Shown: positions 35,374-43,419 of the stretch, piece after piece
How the letters are laid out: the number at the start of each line of letters is the position of its first letter
Position numbering within the stretch: position 1 is the first letter of the stretch
Virus record (IMG/VR): IMGVR_UViG_3300045988_044599
DNA: 60,135 nt
Strand: one strand, 5' to 3'
Origin: a virus
The notes under the pieces: generated by a model
The model's input: only the letters and a program-made list of their open reading frames with translations
What the model was told of the DNA's origin: nothing
Databases searched by the model: none
Made by a program: the position numbers and the translations under genes

Positions 35374-36224
35374 GCGACATGATCGCCGGTTTTCTCGCCG
35401 GCCTGACGCCGGGTACAAGGGCGCAGTATCGGAGCGTCGTATCGCGATGGCTCCGCTGGTGTGCGGATAACGGCATCGACATGCTGCGGGCGAAGCGCAC
35501 TCATATCGAGGTGTTCGCCGCCTATGACGGCGGCATGCGGCCAGCGGCGAAGAACACGGTGTGCAGGAATCTGAGCGTCGTTTGCTGCCTCTACCGCTAT
35601 CTCTGCGAGGAGGGGTATATCGACTGCAATCCGGGCGAGCATGTGCGTAGGCCGAAACTGTACGGTCATTCGGATGGCACGTACCTCACCCGCGAGCAGG
35701 CTAGGCTTTTTCTGGCCGAAGCACGCGGTATGGGTGCGCGGACGGATGCCCTGTGCAGTCTGCTGCTGTTGACCGGCGCAAGGGTCGGTGAGGCGCTCGG
35801 ATTGGATGTCGAAGACTGTCATCTGAATGACGGGCGTCCGTGGGTGCGGTTCGACCGCAAGGGCGACTGGTCTCAGCGCGTGGCCATTCCCTCCGATGCG
35901 GCCGAAGCTCTCGCACGACTTATCGGCGGCCGTAGGCGTGGTGCGGTGTTCCGTGAGGATTCCGGCGCGCGTCTGCGGCAGCAGACCGCCGTGGGCATCG
36001 TATCGTCCGTGGCATTGCGCGTGGGCGTGCCCGGCATCTCGCCGCACTCGCTGCGGAGGACGTTCTGCACGCTCTCCCGTGACGCTGGCGTACCGGACAG
36101 GGACATCATGGCCGCAGGCGGTTGGAACAGTCCGCAGATGCTCGACTATTACGACATGTCCCGTCGCGGGCTGAATGGCAAAGCTGGCGACGGATTGCAG
36201 GATTACCTGGGCAAGGAGGATTGA
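35361..36224 (+). CDS. XerC/XerD-like tyrosine recombinase (second recombinase of the prophage)
   Basis: 287 aa counted from the ATG that follows GGAGA. Motifs: LLLLTGARVGEALGL (Arg), HSLRRTFCT (H-x-x-R) and GGWNSPQMLDYYDMS (Tyr). Confidence 0.9.
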   Translation: METVSDMIAGFLAGLTPGTRAQYRSVVSRWLRWCADNGIDMLRAKRTHIEVFAAYDGGMRPAAKNTVCRNLSVVCCLYRYLCEEGYIDCNPGEHVRRPKLYGHSDGTYLTREQARLFLAEARGMGARTDALCSLLLLTGARVGEALGLDVEDCHLNDGRPWVRFDRKGDWSQRVAIPSDAAEALARLIGGRRRGAVFREDSGARLRQQTAVGIVSSVALRVGVPGISPHSLRRTFCTLSRDAGVPDRDIMAAGGWNSPQMLDYYDMSRRGLNGKAGDGLQDYLGKED

Positions 36225-36243
36225 TTTCCACGACACGCCCGAC

Positions 36244-36272
36244 TTGAAATGATACCAGTGGTATCATATACT
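36244..36272 (+). promoter_or_regulatory. promoter with an embedded palindromic operator
   Basis: TTGAAA, then the 17-nt spacer TGATACC-AGT-GGTATCA (perfect palindrome), then TATACT. It lies 55 nt upstream of the ATG at 36327. Confidence 0.5.
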
Positions 36273-36326
36273 TGTAACCACAAGACGGGAAGCACAAGGC
36301 ATCCCCACAGACTCAAGGAGACTGAA

Positions 36327-36956
36327 ATGATTACCATCCGAATCGAAAAAACCAGAGGCCACAAGTGGAATGAGACTGGCACATTCGCACTGGAGTTCCC
36401 GAAGTCGGAACTCCGCCATCGCGTCTATGATTGCCAGCTCGACAAGGACGGCGAAACCGAAGACGCATGGCTTTGCATCCCGTCCGAACGGCTCCGTGCC
36501 AAGTATGAGCGGCTCGTCGCTGACGAGGAGTCCACGCAATCCGATTACGACAAGCTGTACGAAGAGCTTTCGGCTTACTCCGACACGTTGACCACCGAAC
36601 AGCTCATGGACTGGTTCATCGACCTGAACGATCCTGAAACCATCAGCGGATGGACCGAGCGCATCGAAGCCCACAACGCCTACATCGACGTGATAGAGCC
36701 GAACAATGCGGTGCTCAGGAACCCGCTTGACGTGGATTCGACGTTCCATATCCGCATCTACGATTACTTCATCGATTTCCATGAGGATAGGGAGATTGTG
36801 GACGACTTGGAGTTCACTCCGTCCGACGTGGAGGCGGATGATTGGACGGAGGACATCAAACGGTGTCTTGAGGAAAACGGGTGGCGTCTTGACTCCAAGA
36901 TCGGAACGGATTCTGATGATTCCGATTTGCTGGTGTTCGATTACGTCAAGGCGTGA
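36327..36956 (+). CDS. hypothetical highly acidic protein
   Basis: 209 aa counted from the ATG that follows AAGGAGA. It is rich in Asp and Glu. Confidence 0.6.
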   Translation: MITIRIEKTRGHKWNETGTFALEFPKSELRHRVYDCQLDKDGETEDAWLCIPSERLRAKYERLVADEESTQSDYDKLYEELSAYSDTLTTEQLMDWFIDLNDPETISGWTERIEAHNAYIDVIEPNNAVLRNPLDVDSTFHIRIYDYFIDFHEDREIVDDLEFTPSDVEADDWTEDIKRCLEENGWRLDSKIGTDSDDSDLLVFDYVKA

Positions 36957-36984
36957 CGTATTCCGCTGAAAATCGTTGTTCTGC

Positions 36985-37032
36985 CGGTTCCAGCTTGTTT
37001 TTCATGCTGGAACCGACGTTTTCCGTGTTTTC
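36985..37032 (+). terminator. rho-independent terminator
   Basis: CGGTTCCAGC-loop-GCTGGAACCG followed by ACGTTTTCCGTGTTTTC. Confidence 0.55.
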
Positions 37033-37051
37033 ATGATTGTCTGGAGGTTTG

Positions 37052-37492
37052 ATGACGTTTGGATCGAAGGCCGCTTTTCGTGCGGCACGGGAACGCTGCG
37101 GCATCAGCCAGCAGATGCTCGCAAGCAAGGCCGGTGTCAAGGTGTTGAGCGTCAAGCGGTGGGAGAAGCCAGGCGAGGCCGAAGCGCCGGCTGACGTGTG
37201 CGCCTGGCTTGGACATATGCTTGACTTGCACATCCAGGCGGTTGAAAGCGCTTTGGATGCGGTGGACGAAATGACGGAAACGCAAGGACACGCGCCCAGC
37301 CACGTGGACCTGCTCTATTACCGTTCGCAAGAACACTACGACCGTTACGGACGGGACCAAGGCGATTACGCCATCGTCAATGCCCGCAGCAGGGAGATAG
37401 CCGCGATCCTTGAAGCGCAGGGCATCGAAGCGCGGTTCCGTTATCCAGAGGATGATGAAGCCGGTTTCCAACGTTTGGCGAACACTCGCTAA
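37052..37492 (+). CDS. helix-turn-helix (XRE-like) DNA-binding protein
   Basis: The ATG follows GGAGG. The N-terminus is FRAARERCGISQQMLASKAGVKVLSVKRWE. 146 aa. Confidence 0.65.
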   Translation: MTFGSKAAFRAARERCGISQQMLASKAGVKVLSVKRWEKPGEAEAPADVCAWLGHMLDLHIQAVESALDAVDEMTETQGHAPSHVDLLYYRSQEHYDRYGRDQGDYAIVNARSREIAAILEAQGIEARFRYPEDDEAGFQRLANTR

Positions 37493-37511
37493 ACGCATTT
37501 GTTGTTAACAG

Positions 37512-37533
37512 GGCCATTGTAGACCACTCAGAC
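37512..37533 (-). repeat. inverted repeat, right copy (IR-R)
   Basis: GGCCATTGTAGACCACTCAGAC is the reverse complement of 30274-30295. It contains the TGA stop (37528-37530) of the phosphoesterase gene. Confidence 0.95.
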
Positions 37534-38250
37534 GTTGCCTGACGCGGTTTGTAACCAGTTGTCCAACAATTCGGCTTCGTTGACTGGCTCGAAACGCCAT
37601 GCGTCTAATCCGACGTTGATCTCATTGTGATGCCTGCCGAACTCAAGCGGGTCATGCGCGTGCGTGTGTCCGTGCAGGAGCAGAGTGTTGTTCATGCGTG
37701 GTATCGCGTATTCGGCTAATTCCGGCGCGTTCCAATTGGTTGAGACTGCGCCTAGGGGTTTGCTTTGCGTGAAGTCTTCACGCCATTGGAAGTGGCTTAA
37801 AAATACCGTGTGTGGATTGTTGCCCCACCCGTCTCTGATTTCAGTGATGCCGACCATTCCGACTTCCACGAACACGCTTGCCAACTTTTCCAGCGTGCGG
37901 GTGGAGCTGTGCAGTTCGTGGTTGCCGAGAATCAGATGCCTGTTCTTGCGTGGTACATGCAGGTTTTGGATGCGCATTATCGCTTGGTCTACGCTCCACG
38001 TACCACCGGAACTGATGTCTCCGAGGATGTAGAGTTCGTCTTCCTCTCCAACATACGTGTTGATCGCGCGCACAATGTCGGCATCATGTCTCCGCCAGTC
38101 AACACAGTTCTTGAGCGGCTTATGCTCATGTTCGGCCTGTTGTTTGATCGATGCATCCTTAGCGTATCCGGGTAGCGCGTATCCGCGTAGTGCGGCCACG
38201 AACGGATGCGCGAAATGCAAGTCACTAGTGAACCACTTCATCCTTAACAC
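37528..38250 (-). CDS. calcineurin-like metallophosphoesterase
   Basis: DLHFAH, GDISSGG, GNHELH and LLHGHTHAHD motifs in the canonical order. Confidence 0.85.
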   Translation of the reverse strand: MLRMKWFTSDLHFAHPFVAALRGYALPGYAKDASIKQQAEHEHKPLKNCVDWRRHDADIVRAINTYVGEEDELYILGDISSGGTWSVDQAIMRIQNLHVPRKNRHLILGNHELHSSTRTLEKLASVFVEVGMVGITEIRDGWGNNPHTVFLSHFQWREDFTQSKPLGAVSTNWNAPELAEYAIPRMNNTLLLHGHTHAHDPLEFGRHHNEINVGLDAWRFEPVNEAELLDNWLQTASGNV

Positions 38251-38615
38251 CGCCCTAATATGGTACGTAGTCTGCCTATGGCGCGATTTGCTTCATCTAT
38301 GGCAGTCTGTTCCGATTCTTCTGGATACAATCTTGCAATCCTGCCATTATGCGCGACATCCGGCTTGATTCTCACCTTGAGATGCAGCAGCTTATCCGTT
38401 TCTGAACATGAGTCATCAGGTTCGATGAAACACTGATAGTAGACTGTTGGCACGTATCCCATACTGGTTTTGCTTATGGTAAAGAAATCGCGGCTGGATA
38501 TGATGTGGCGAATATCGTCAACGTGTTTCAAAAATCCGGTGATCGAGGTTTCCAAGGTTGAGATAGTTACCGACGTGTCGGTGAGTTCTCTAATGTTATC
38601 TTCCGGTAGTTTCAT
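38244..38615 (-). CDS. hypothetical protein (AT-rich island)
   Basis: Starts at the internal ATG (MKLPEDN...) that overlaps the upstream gene end. No motif was recognised, and the start is uncertain. Confidence 0.45.
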   Translation of the reverse strand: MKLPEDNIRELTDTSVTISTLETSITGFLKHVDDIRHIISSRDFFTISKTSMGYVPTVYYQCFIEPDDSCSETDKLLHLKVRIKPDVAHNGRIARLYPEESEQTAIDEANRAIGRLRTILGRC

Positions 38616-38907
38616 TATCCATCCCATACTGCTTATCCCATTTACCCAATGCTTCCAAAATGTTCGGCAGTCCGAAATAGTCGTAGTATTGGCTGTAACG
38701 TTCACCGTTTTTCGTCTCGAATCCGATGGTAAGCATTTCGGGGTCATCGCCACAGGTTTCACAGACCGCTTCGCAGAATGGCGAATAATCGTAGCCGACT
38801 ACTCGTACCGGCTGATCGTCGCTTCCGTCGAACAGTTCCGGTGATTCGACTTGCAACACGCGCATCAGCAGTTCGTTCGTTGATTTTCCAGTGGTGTTTT
38901 CCGTCAT
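38596..38907 (-). CDS. hypothetical protein (AT-rich island)
   Basis: 103-aa ORF. Local GC content is clearly below that of the rest of the phage. Confidence 0.5.
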   Translation of the reverse strand: MTENTTGKSTNELLMRVLQVESPELFDGSDDQPVRVVGYDYSPFCEAVCETCGDDPEMLTIGFETKNGERYSQYYDYFGLPNILEALGKWDKQYGMDNETTGR

Positions 38908-38913
38908 ACTCCC

Positions 38914-39225
38914 CTACTTTCCGTTGACTTCGATTACCAGTTCCGTGTCACCATGAACGGTCGCCTTGATATCGTCGTTAAGCTGATTCGACAGGTGCAT
39001 GATGATGTCAGTGACAGTTTCGTAATTCAGTTTCGGGGCAATGGTGATGTTCCCATAGCCGTTGGGCACGGCTTCGATATTGTTGCTGTACACCGGCATG
39101 GAGTATTGCGTCGCTCTTAACTCCTTGAGTTTTCCTGACATGACGATTTCGCAATTGTCTAAAATGCTTATCTTCTTGCCTAAGTGCGTGGCGTTCAGAT
39201 GGTCTGCTGTGATTGTCTCGCTCAT
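38914..39225 (-). CDS. hypothetical protein (AT-rich island)
   Basis: 103-aa ORF. Confidence 0.5.
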   Translation of the reverse strand: MSETITADHLNATHLGKKISILDNCEIVMSGKLKELRATQYSMPVYSNNIEAVPNGYGNITIAPKLNYETVTDIIMHLSNQLNDDIKATVHGDTELVIEVNGK

Positions 39226-39238
39226 TCCGCGTGGTCTC

Positions 39239-39613
39239 CTAGTTCTCGTTGGTAATTCTTTTGAAGGATGTTTCCGGGCGTGGGAATGTGCTGCCGTTGC
39301 TGTTCGTGATCCGTTCCAATTCCATGAACTCTTCGACCGACATGGTGACGCTTATGTTAGTGCAAACATCCGTTATCCTGACGTATTCGGTTGGCGTTTG
39401 ATACAGTACGTCGTTTTCGTCATAGGACACGGCATATGTGTCGATGATTTTCAGGATCACGCCATTCATGACGTTCTCCCATGTGGTTATCAGCTGTGGC
39501 GGATTACGTATGCCCTCCGCTTCTGTCTTGTCTGTGCTTTCGTAGTGGAATCCGAGTTTTATCAGCTTGTCTATAACGGGGGTTGTTTTCTTGGTGAAGT
39601 CGAGTACCGTCAT
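39239..39613 (-). CDS. hypothetical protein (AT-rich island)
   Basis: The ATG follows GAAGGAGACACA. 124 aa. Confidence 0.5.
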   Translation of the reverse strand: MTVLDFTKKTTPVIDKLIKLGFHYESTDKTEAEGIRNPPQLITTWENVMNGVILKIIDTYAVSYDENDVLYQTPTEYVRITDVCTNISVTMSVEEFMELERITNSNGSTFPRPETSFKRITNEN

Positions 39614-39632
39614 TGTGTCTCCTTCTGTGATT

Positions 39633-40049
39633 CTAGTTGATGCCGCTGCTGCCGAATCCTTTCTCGCCACGTTCGGTCGAATCCAGTTCGTTGACTGGCT
39701 CGAATTGCATGTGCGCGTATGGGAGGAAAACGATTTGCGCTATCCGGTCTCCCTCATGCACTTCAAACGCATGTTCACCCATGTTTCTGAGGATTACGCC
39801 GACTTCGCCACGATAATTGGCATCGATTACTCCGGGCGCGTTCATCACGGTGATGTCGTGTTTCAACGCCAATCCCGAACGTGGGCAGACCAGTCCGACA
39901 TATCCGGCTGGAATAGCCAGTCTCACGCCCGTATGCACGAGCGTCTGACTGCCCGCGCAGATGATCGTGTCCTCATTGCTTCTGAGGTCTGCTCCACCAT
40001 CGTTCGCGTGAGCGTAACTGATGTTATTGGTTTTGCCGCTGATATGCAT
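39633..40049 (-). CDS. dut: dUTP diphosphatase
   Basis: GGADLRS, PRSGLALKH, GVIDANYRGEVGVIL, GDRIAQIV and RGEKGFGSSG motifs. Confidence 0.9.
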   Translation of the reverse strand: MHISGKTNNISYAHANDGGADLRSNEDTIICAGSQTLVHTGVRLAIPAGYVGLVCPRSGLALKHDITVMNAPGVIDANYRGEVGVILRNMGEHAFEVHEGDRIAQIVFLPYAHMQFEPVNELDSTERGEKGFGSSGIN

Positions 40050-40265
40050 TTAGTCTCCGAACTTTTCGAGAATGAGTACGCCTATGACGCCGATAATCCA
40101 AGCGATTATCAGGATGATTGTGATACCGGCCAGTGCGAGTAGTGGTATCCATATGGGTGCGAGCACCCATATCCACGGGTATGGGAATTGGCCCCCGATT
40201 TTCAGGAGTGCCAACATGCCGGACAACAGTAGGAGGATTAGCGTGCAGTCGATGTTGACTCGCAT
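40050..40265 (-). CDS. small membrane protein (2 TM)
   Basis: 71 aa, almost entirely hydrophobic. Confidence 0.5.
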   Translation of the reverse strand: MRVNIDCTLILLLLSGMLALLKIGGQFPYPWIWVLAPIWIPLLALAGITIILIIAWIIGVIGVLILEKFGD

Positions 40266-40267
40266 TA

Positions 40268-40426
40268 TTAGTCCTCCGTGTAGAAAGTGAGCGTGTGGAG
40301 CTTTTTCTTCGCGTTCAATTGCTCTCCGAACATGCCGTACTGTTTGACTGGTTCGATCACGTCGCGCATGTGATGCGCGTGATAGGTGATGGTCTTGCCC
40401 TTGTCGGTGATGCTGATGATGCTCAC
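40268..40426 (-). CDS. small hypothetical protein
   Basis: A GTG start overlaps the upstream TGA (GTGA). 52 aa. Confidence 0.3.
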   Translation of the reverse strand: MSIISITDKGKTITYHAHHMRDVIEPVKQYGMFGEQLNAKKKLHTLTFYTED

Positions 40427-41298
40427 TGCCGGTTGTCCTTTCCGACGAGTCCCCAAATATCGTCCACTGGAGTGGTTTGCTGCATCAGCATGTACACGTC
40501 CGCGATACGGTAGATGGGATGCCGCCCTTCCTTGCGTACCGGGGTGAGCTTGCCCCTGTGCGCCCATGATTTCAACGTGTTCGCGGATACGAGGTATCCA
40601 GCCTGTTGGAGTTTGCTTCTAATGTCCGAAGCAGTCCCCGTGTAAGTGCTGTGTTTGATCTTGTCTTGCATGAGTGTCCTCAAAAAGTTGATGTTCCAAA
40701 CGTTCCTGCATCCACGGCATTTGACTTGTTTTGCCGTCTCGTCAGCGCTTAACGGCATGTTGCAGTCAGTGTTGGGGCAATTGCCCAAGCTAACCGTATG
40801 GCCTTGATTCAACAGGCGCTGGCATTTGTCGCGGGCGATGCGGATTTCAAGCGCGTACACGGGTGTTGCCGTTGAGCATAGACACGCGGGTTCGCCTTGC
40901 TTGGTTTTCTTCACGGCTATCCGCTGCGCCAACACGTTCAACGGATCGTGATTCAGGTATTCGACGCCTAAGCATTTAGCGAACGCGGATAGTGTGCCCC
41001 ACACGCTATCATCCCGTTCGTCTCCCTCATACAGCAGGTCGAACACTTGCTCTCGCAATGGCGGATTATCAGAGTATCCTCCCCCGCCACCGTTAGCGTC
41101 ATGGTTCTTGTTGATGCGGTTCATCTTGTCGGTTTCCAAGTAGCCGATGTTCTTCGTGAACCATTCCAAGTCGGCTAGGAGCCGCTGTTCACATTCAGGG
41201 CAGAGTTGCCTGGTATCGTCTCGTTCACGCCCGCAACGCAACAGTTTGCAGTCAGCCAATCGCACGCCTTCCAAAATCATGGTATGTTGATTCCGCAC
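40423..41298 (-). CDS. Cys-rich protein with a C-terminal MerR/excisionase-type HTH
   Basis: Several CxxC pairs. The C-terminus is SDIRSKLQQAGYLVSANTLKSWAHRGKLTPVRKEGRHPIYRIADV. Confidence 0.55.
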   Translation of the reverse strand: MRNQHTMILEGVRLADCKLLRCGRERDDTRQLCPECEQRLLADLEWFTKNIGYLETDKMNRINKNHDANGGGGGYSDNPPLREQVFDLLYEGDERDDSVWGTLSAFAKCLGVEYLNHDPLNVLAQRIAVKKTKQGEPACLCSTATPVYALEIRIARDKCQRLLNQGHTVSLGNCPNTDCNMPLSADETAKQVKCRGCRNVWNINFLRTLMQDKIKHSTYTGTASDIRSKLQQAGYLVSANTLKSWAHRGKLTPVRKEGRHPIYRIADVYMLMQQTTPVDDIWGLVGKDNRQ

Positions 41299-41384
41299 CG
41301 GTGCCCGAAGGCGTGCGATTAATGCCGGAACATGTCTAGTATACCGGTTGCACCCAACCTTGCAACCGGTATTGGATTAACGTC

Positions 41385-41732
41385 TCAAACAGTCTCCCGC
41401 TTCCGTTTTCTCTTCTCGGGTTGAAGCAGGTAGTAGTTGCGTTCGTAGGCCGCCTGTTCCTCACGGCTGAAATGGTGGAATGTCGGACGATGCGCAAGCT
41501 TGTATCGGCGGTTGCATTCCAAGACTTGCTCACGGTGGGCCATCCGCCACTGTCGCGTGTGTTCACGTTTCCGTGCGAGCTGTTCCGCAGTAAGCTTGAC
41601 CGGCTTTTTCGACGCTTTCGCCTTCTTCTTTCCGACTGGCGGCTTCTCAGACGGCTTGCGCCTACCACGACGAAGAACTGCTATGTCAACCGCGAACATT
41701 TTCATGATCTCGTCGGCGGTAGGCTCATTCAT
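41385..41732 (-). CDS. hypothetical basic protein
   Basis: 115 aa, Lys/Arg-rich. Confidence 0.5.
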   Translation of the reverse strand: MNEPTADEIMKMFAVDIAVLRRGRRKPSEKPPVGKKKAKASKKPVKLTAEQLARKREHTRQWRMAHREQVLECNRRYKLAHRPTFHHFSREEQAAYERNYYLLQPEKRKRKRETV

Positions 41733-41937
41733 TCCGTTTGCTCCAATGATTTGCAGTAGTCCTCTCGATCACGTACAACACGACGGCCTCATTGTTGTCC
41801 AATGCCAGTGGGTTCGCTGCCGTGACGTTGATGATTTTCCACCCATCATCCAGATAGTCGATGAGTTTAGAATCATTCTGCACACGCACACCGTTACCGG
41901 TGAACTTCGTGTATACGGGGATTAGCTCATGTTCCAT
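41725..41937 (-). CDS. hypothetical protein
   Basis: 70-aa ORF, coupled to its neighbours. Confidence 0.45.
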   Translation of the reverse strand: MEHELIPVYTKFTGNGVRVQNDSKLIDYLDDGWKIINVTAANPLALDNNEAVVLYVIERTTANHWSKRNE

Positions 41938-42218
41938 TATTTCGTTTCCCCGTCCTTGCCGCTAGCATTGTCCCAATCGCAGGAAAGACCGCCTCCCCCC
42001 TTGTAGACGTTGAACCTGATGCATGTCACGGCCCTACCGTCGTGCAACTCGATTCTGCACTCATCGACAGCGAAGTCGCCTCGCACATCAATGCAGTCAC
42101 TACCGCCTTCAACATCGTCAACATCCGCTTCGTTCTCGCATCCGGCCAGCGGGAAAACCATCGCTACGGCCATAAGCACGGCCATTAGCCCTCGTTGAAT
42201 ATTCTTGTTTCCTATCAT
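41937..42218 (-). CDS. predicted lipoprotein
   Basis: MIGNKNIQRGLMAVLMAVAMVFPLAGC, with lipobox LAGC. Confidence 0.6.
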   Translation of the reverse strand: MIGNKNIQRGLMAVLMAVAMVFPLAGCENEADVDDVEGGSDCIDVRGDFAVDECRIELHDGRAVTCIRFNVYKGGGGLSCDWDNASGKDGETK

Positions 42219-42238
42219 TTCGTCTCCTTGATTGTCTT

Positions 42239-42258
42239 ATCCCGTCGATTTCGACGGG
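42239..42258 (-). other. second copy of the 20-nt hairpin ATCCCGTCGATTTCGACGGG
   Basis: Identical to 3827-3846. It lies between a 36-aa peptide ORF and the lipoprotein gene. Confidence 0.6.
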
Positions 42259-42270
42259 TTTGAATGTGGT

Positions 42271-42381
42271 CTAGAAGTGTTTTGCCATCCAGTCGGCGAT
42301 GAACAACGCGACGATCGACGCAAACGACGCGAAAGAAAGCAAACCGAAGACAATGGTGAAAACAATCAAAACAGCCTTCAT
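42271..42381 (-). CDS. 36-aa hydrophobic peptide (below the ORF-track cutoff)
   Basis: MKAVLIVFTIVFGLLSFASFASIVALFIADWMAKHF. Its ATG overlaps the upstream TGA (ATGA). Confidence 0.4.
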   Translation of the reverse strand: MKAVLIVFTIVFGLLSFASFASIVALFIADWMAKHF

Positions 42382-42695
42382 TCCGTCACCGCCTTACGTG
42401 CCACTTCGAGCACTTCTTTCGCCCGCGCGATGTAGTCTTCCTGATATCCGCAGATTTCACCGGCGTAATCCCATGCATCGTCTTCGTCCTTCGCCACATA
42501 GTCGCTTTCGATGCCATCCCATTCGCAGCTGTTCCAGCAGAGCCGTTTCGCCACGGCCTCCACCTCGGCGTCGGTTGGTGGAGCGGAACGTCCGGCCATG
42601 TACGCTGTACCGGCAAGCTCACGAACCGTCTGAAAAGTCAAATCATCATCCATGCCACGCTCGTAAGCGTTGGCCTCGTCAAGCATGATGCTCAA
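42378..42695 (-). CDS. hypothetical acidic protein
   Basis: 105-aa ORF. Confidence 0.5.
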   Translation of the reverse strand: MSIMLDEANAYERGMDDDLTFQTVRELAGTAYMAGRSAPPTDAEVEAVAKRLCWNSCEWDGIESDYVAKDEDDAWDYAGEICGYQEDYIARAKEVLEVARKAVTE

Positions 42696-43171
42696 TTAGT
42701 CCTCTTTCCGTTAGCTTTGACCATGGCCCACAGGATTTCGCTTGCCGGACGCCTCCTGTATGACAGGTCGTTGTAGGACTGCACATAGTCGAGAATCAGT
42801 TTCGAGCCGGTCGAATCCGGTGTCAGAATCGCGTTCACTCGCGGCGGCACCATCTTCTGCCATACGATCTCGTCACACAGTTCCTTCGTGCAGACCAGAT
42901 AGTTCTGATCGCCGTAGAACGTCAGTCCGTTGCCGCTAGTGAAGTCAGCCATGCATGACTTGACCTCGTAGAACTCGAAGCAGCCTTTCTCGACGCTTGC
43001 GGGCACCGGCTCACCGTTGATGTTCCAGGGCTTGAAGCCCACGTAGTCCACGCGCCTTTCGTCGGGCGTGTTACGGTCGAAATTGACCTCGCTCGCCCAA
43101 AAAGCGGTCTGATTCCTCAACCTCTTCTCCACCAGCTTGGACAGCATGGCGGTGGTCTCAGCCCTGCTCAT
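42692..43171 (-). CDS. MmcB-like PD-(D/E)XK nuclease
   Basis: RVDYVGF...FYEVKSCMADF resembles the D...E-x-K core. Confidence 0.5.
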   Translation of the reverse strand: MSRAETTAMLSKLVEKRLRNQTAFWASEVNFDRNTPDERRVDYVGFKPWNINGEPVPASVEKGCFEFYEVKSCMADFTSGNGLTFYGDQNYLVCTKELCDEIVWQKMVPPRVNAILTPDSTGSKLILDYVQSYNDLSYRRRPASEILWAMVKANGKRTN

Positions 43172-43419
43172 TTCTTCCTCCTGAAGTACTTGTATTCACC
43201 GTGATGGAACAGGAACAGGTGAAGTCTCCACACCTTGACTGCCAACAGGCCCTTGAGCGTGATCGCATACCCGCCATGGACACGCTTCATGAGCTTCCTA
43301 TCGGCCAATGATTCAAGTATTCGGGAAAGCTCTTGGTTCTCTCGTTGTTGCCAGATGTAGTTCATCCCCTCAGCGATATACAGGCAACACATGTCCTTGT
43401 CGTATTGACTAATCATCAT
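43168..43419 (-). CDS. hypothetical protein
   Basis: The ATG follows GAGAGGGAGG. 83 aa. Confidence 0.45.
   Translation of the reverse strand: MMISQYDKDMCCLYIAEGMNYIWQQRENQELSRILESLADRKLMKRVHGGYAITLKGLLAVKVWRLHLFLFHHGEYKYFRRKK

Larger units (their letters stand above)
30274..37533. other. candidate invertible (or otherwise recombinase-mobilised) 7,260-bp segment
   Basis: Bounded by the perfect 22-bp inverted repeat. It contains all 14 plus-strand genes of the central block, including a Xer-like tyrosine recombinase. Confidence 0.5.

Noticed and set aside
33924-36236. Minus-strand ORFs of 432 and 326 aa opposite the plus-strand block, including one opposite the recombinase gene.
   Set aside because: They have no RBS, no motif and extreme Arg/His/Ser/Pro content. 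The plus-strand ORFs show coupled starts and a complete tyrosine-recombinase signature.
30274-37533. An IS or composite transposon with 22-bp terminal inverted repeats.
   Set aside because: No transposase gene is present, and there is no direct target-site duplication at the outer edges (...CGCGCT on the left, GTTGCC... on the right). A tyrosine-recombinase-mobilised element is not excluded and is kept as an alternative in the main finding.
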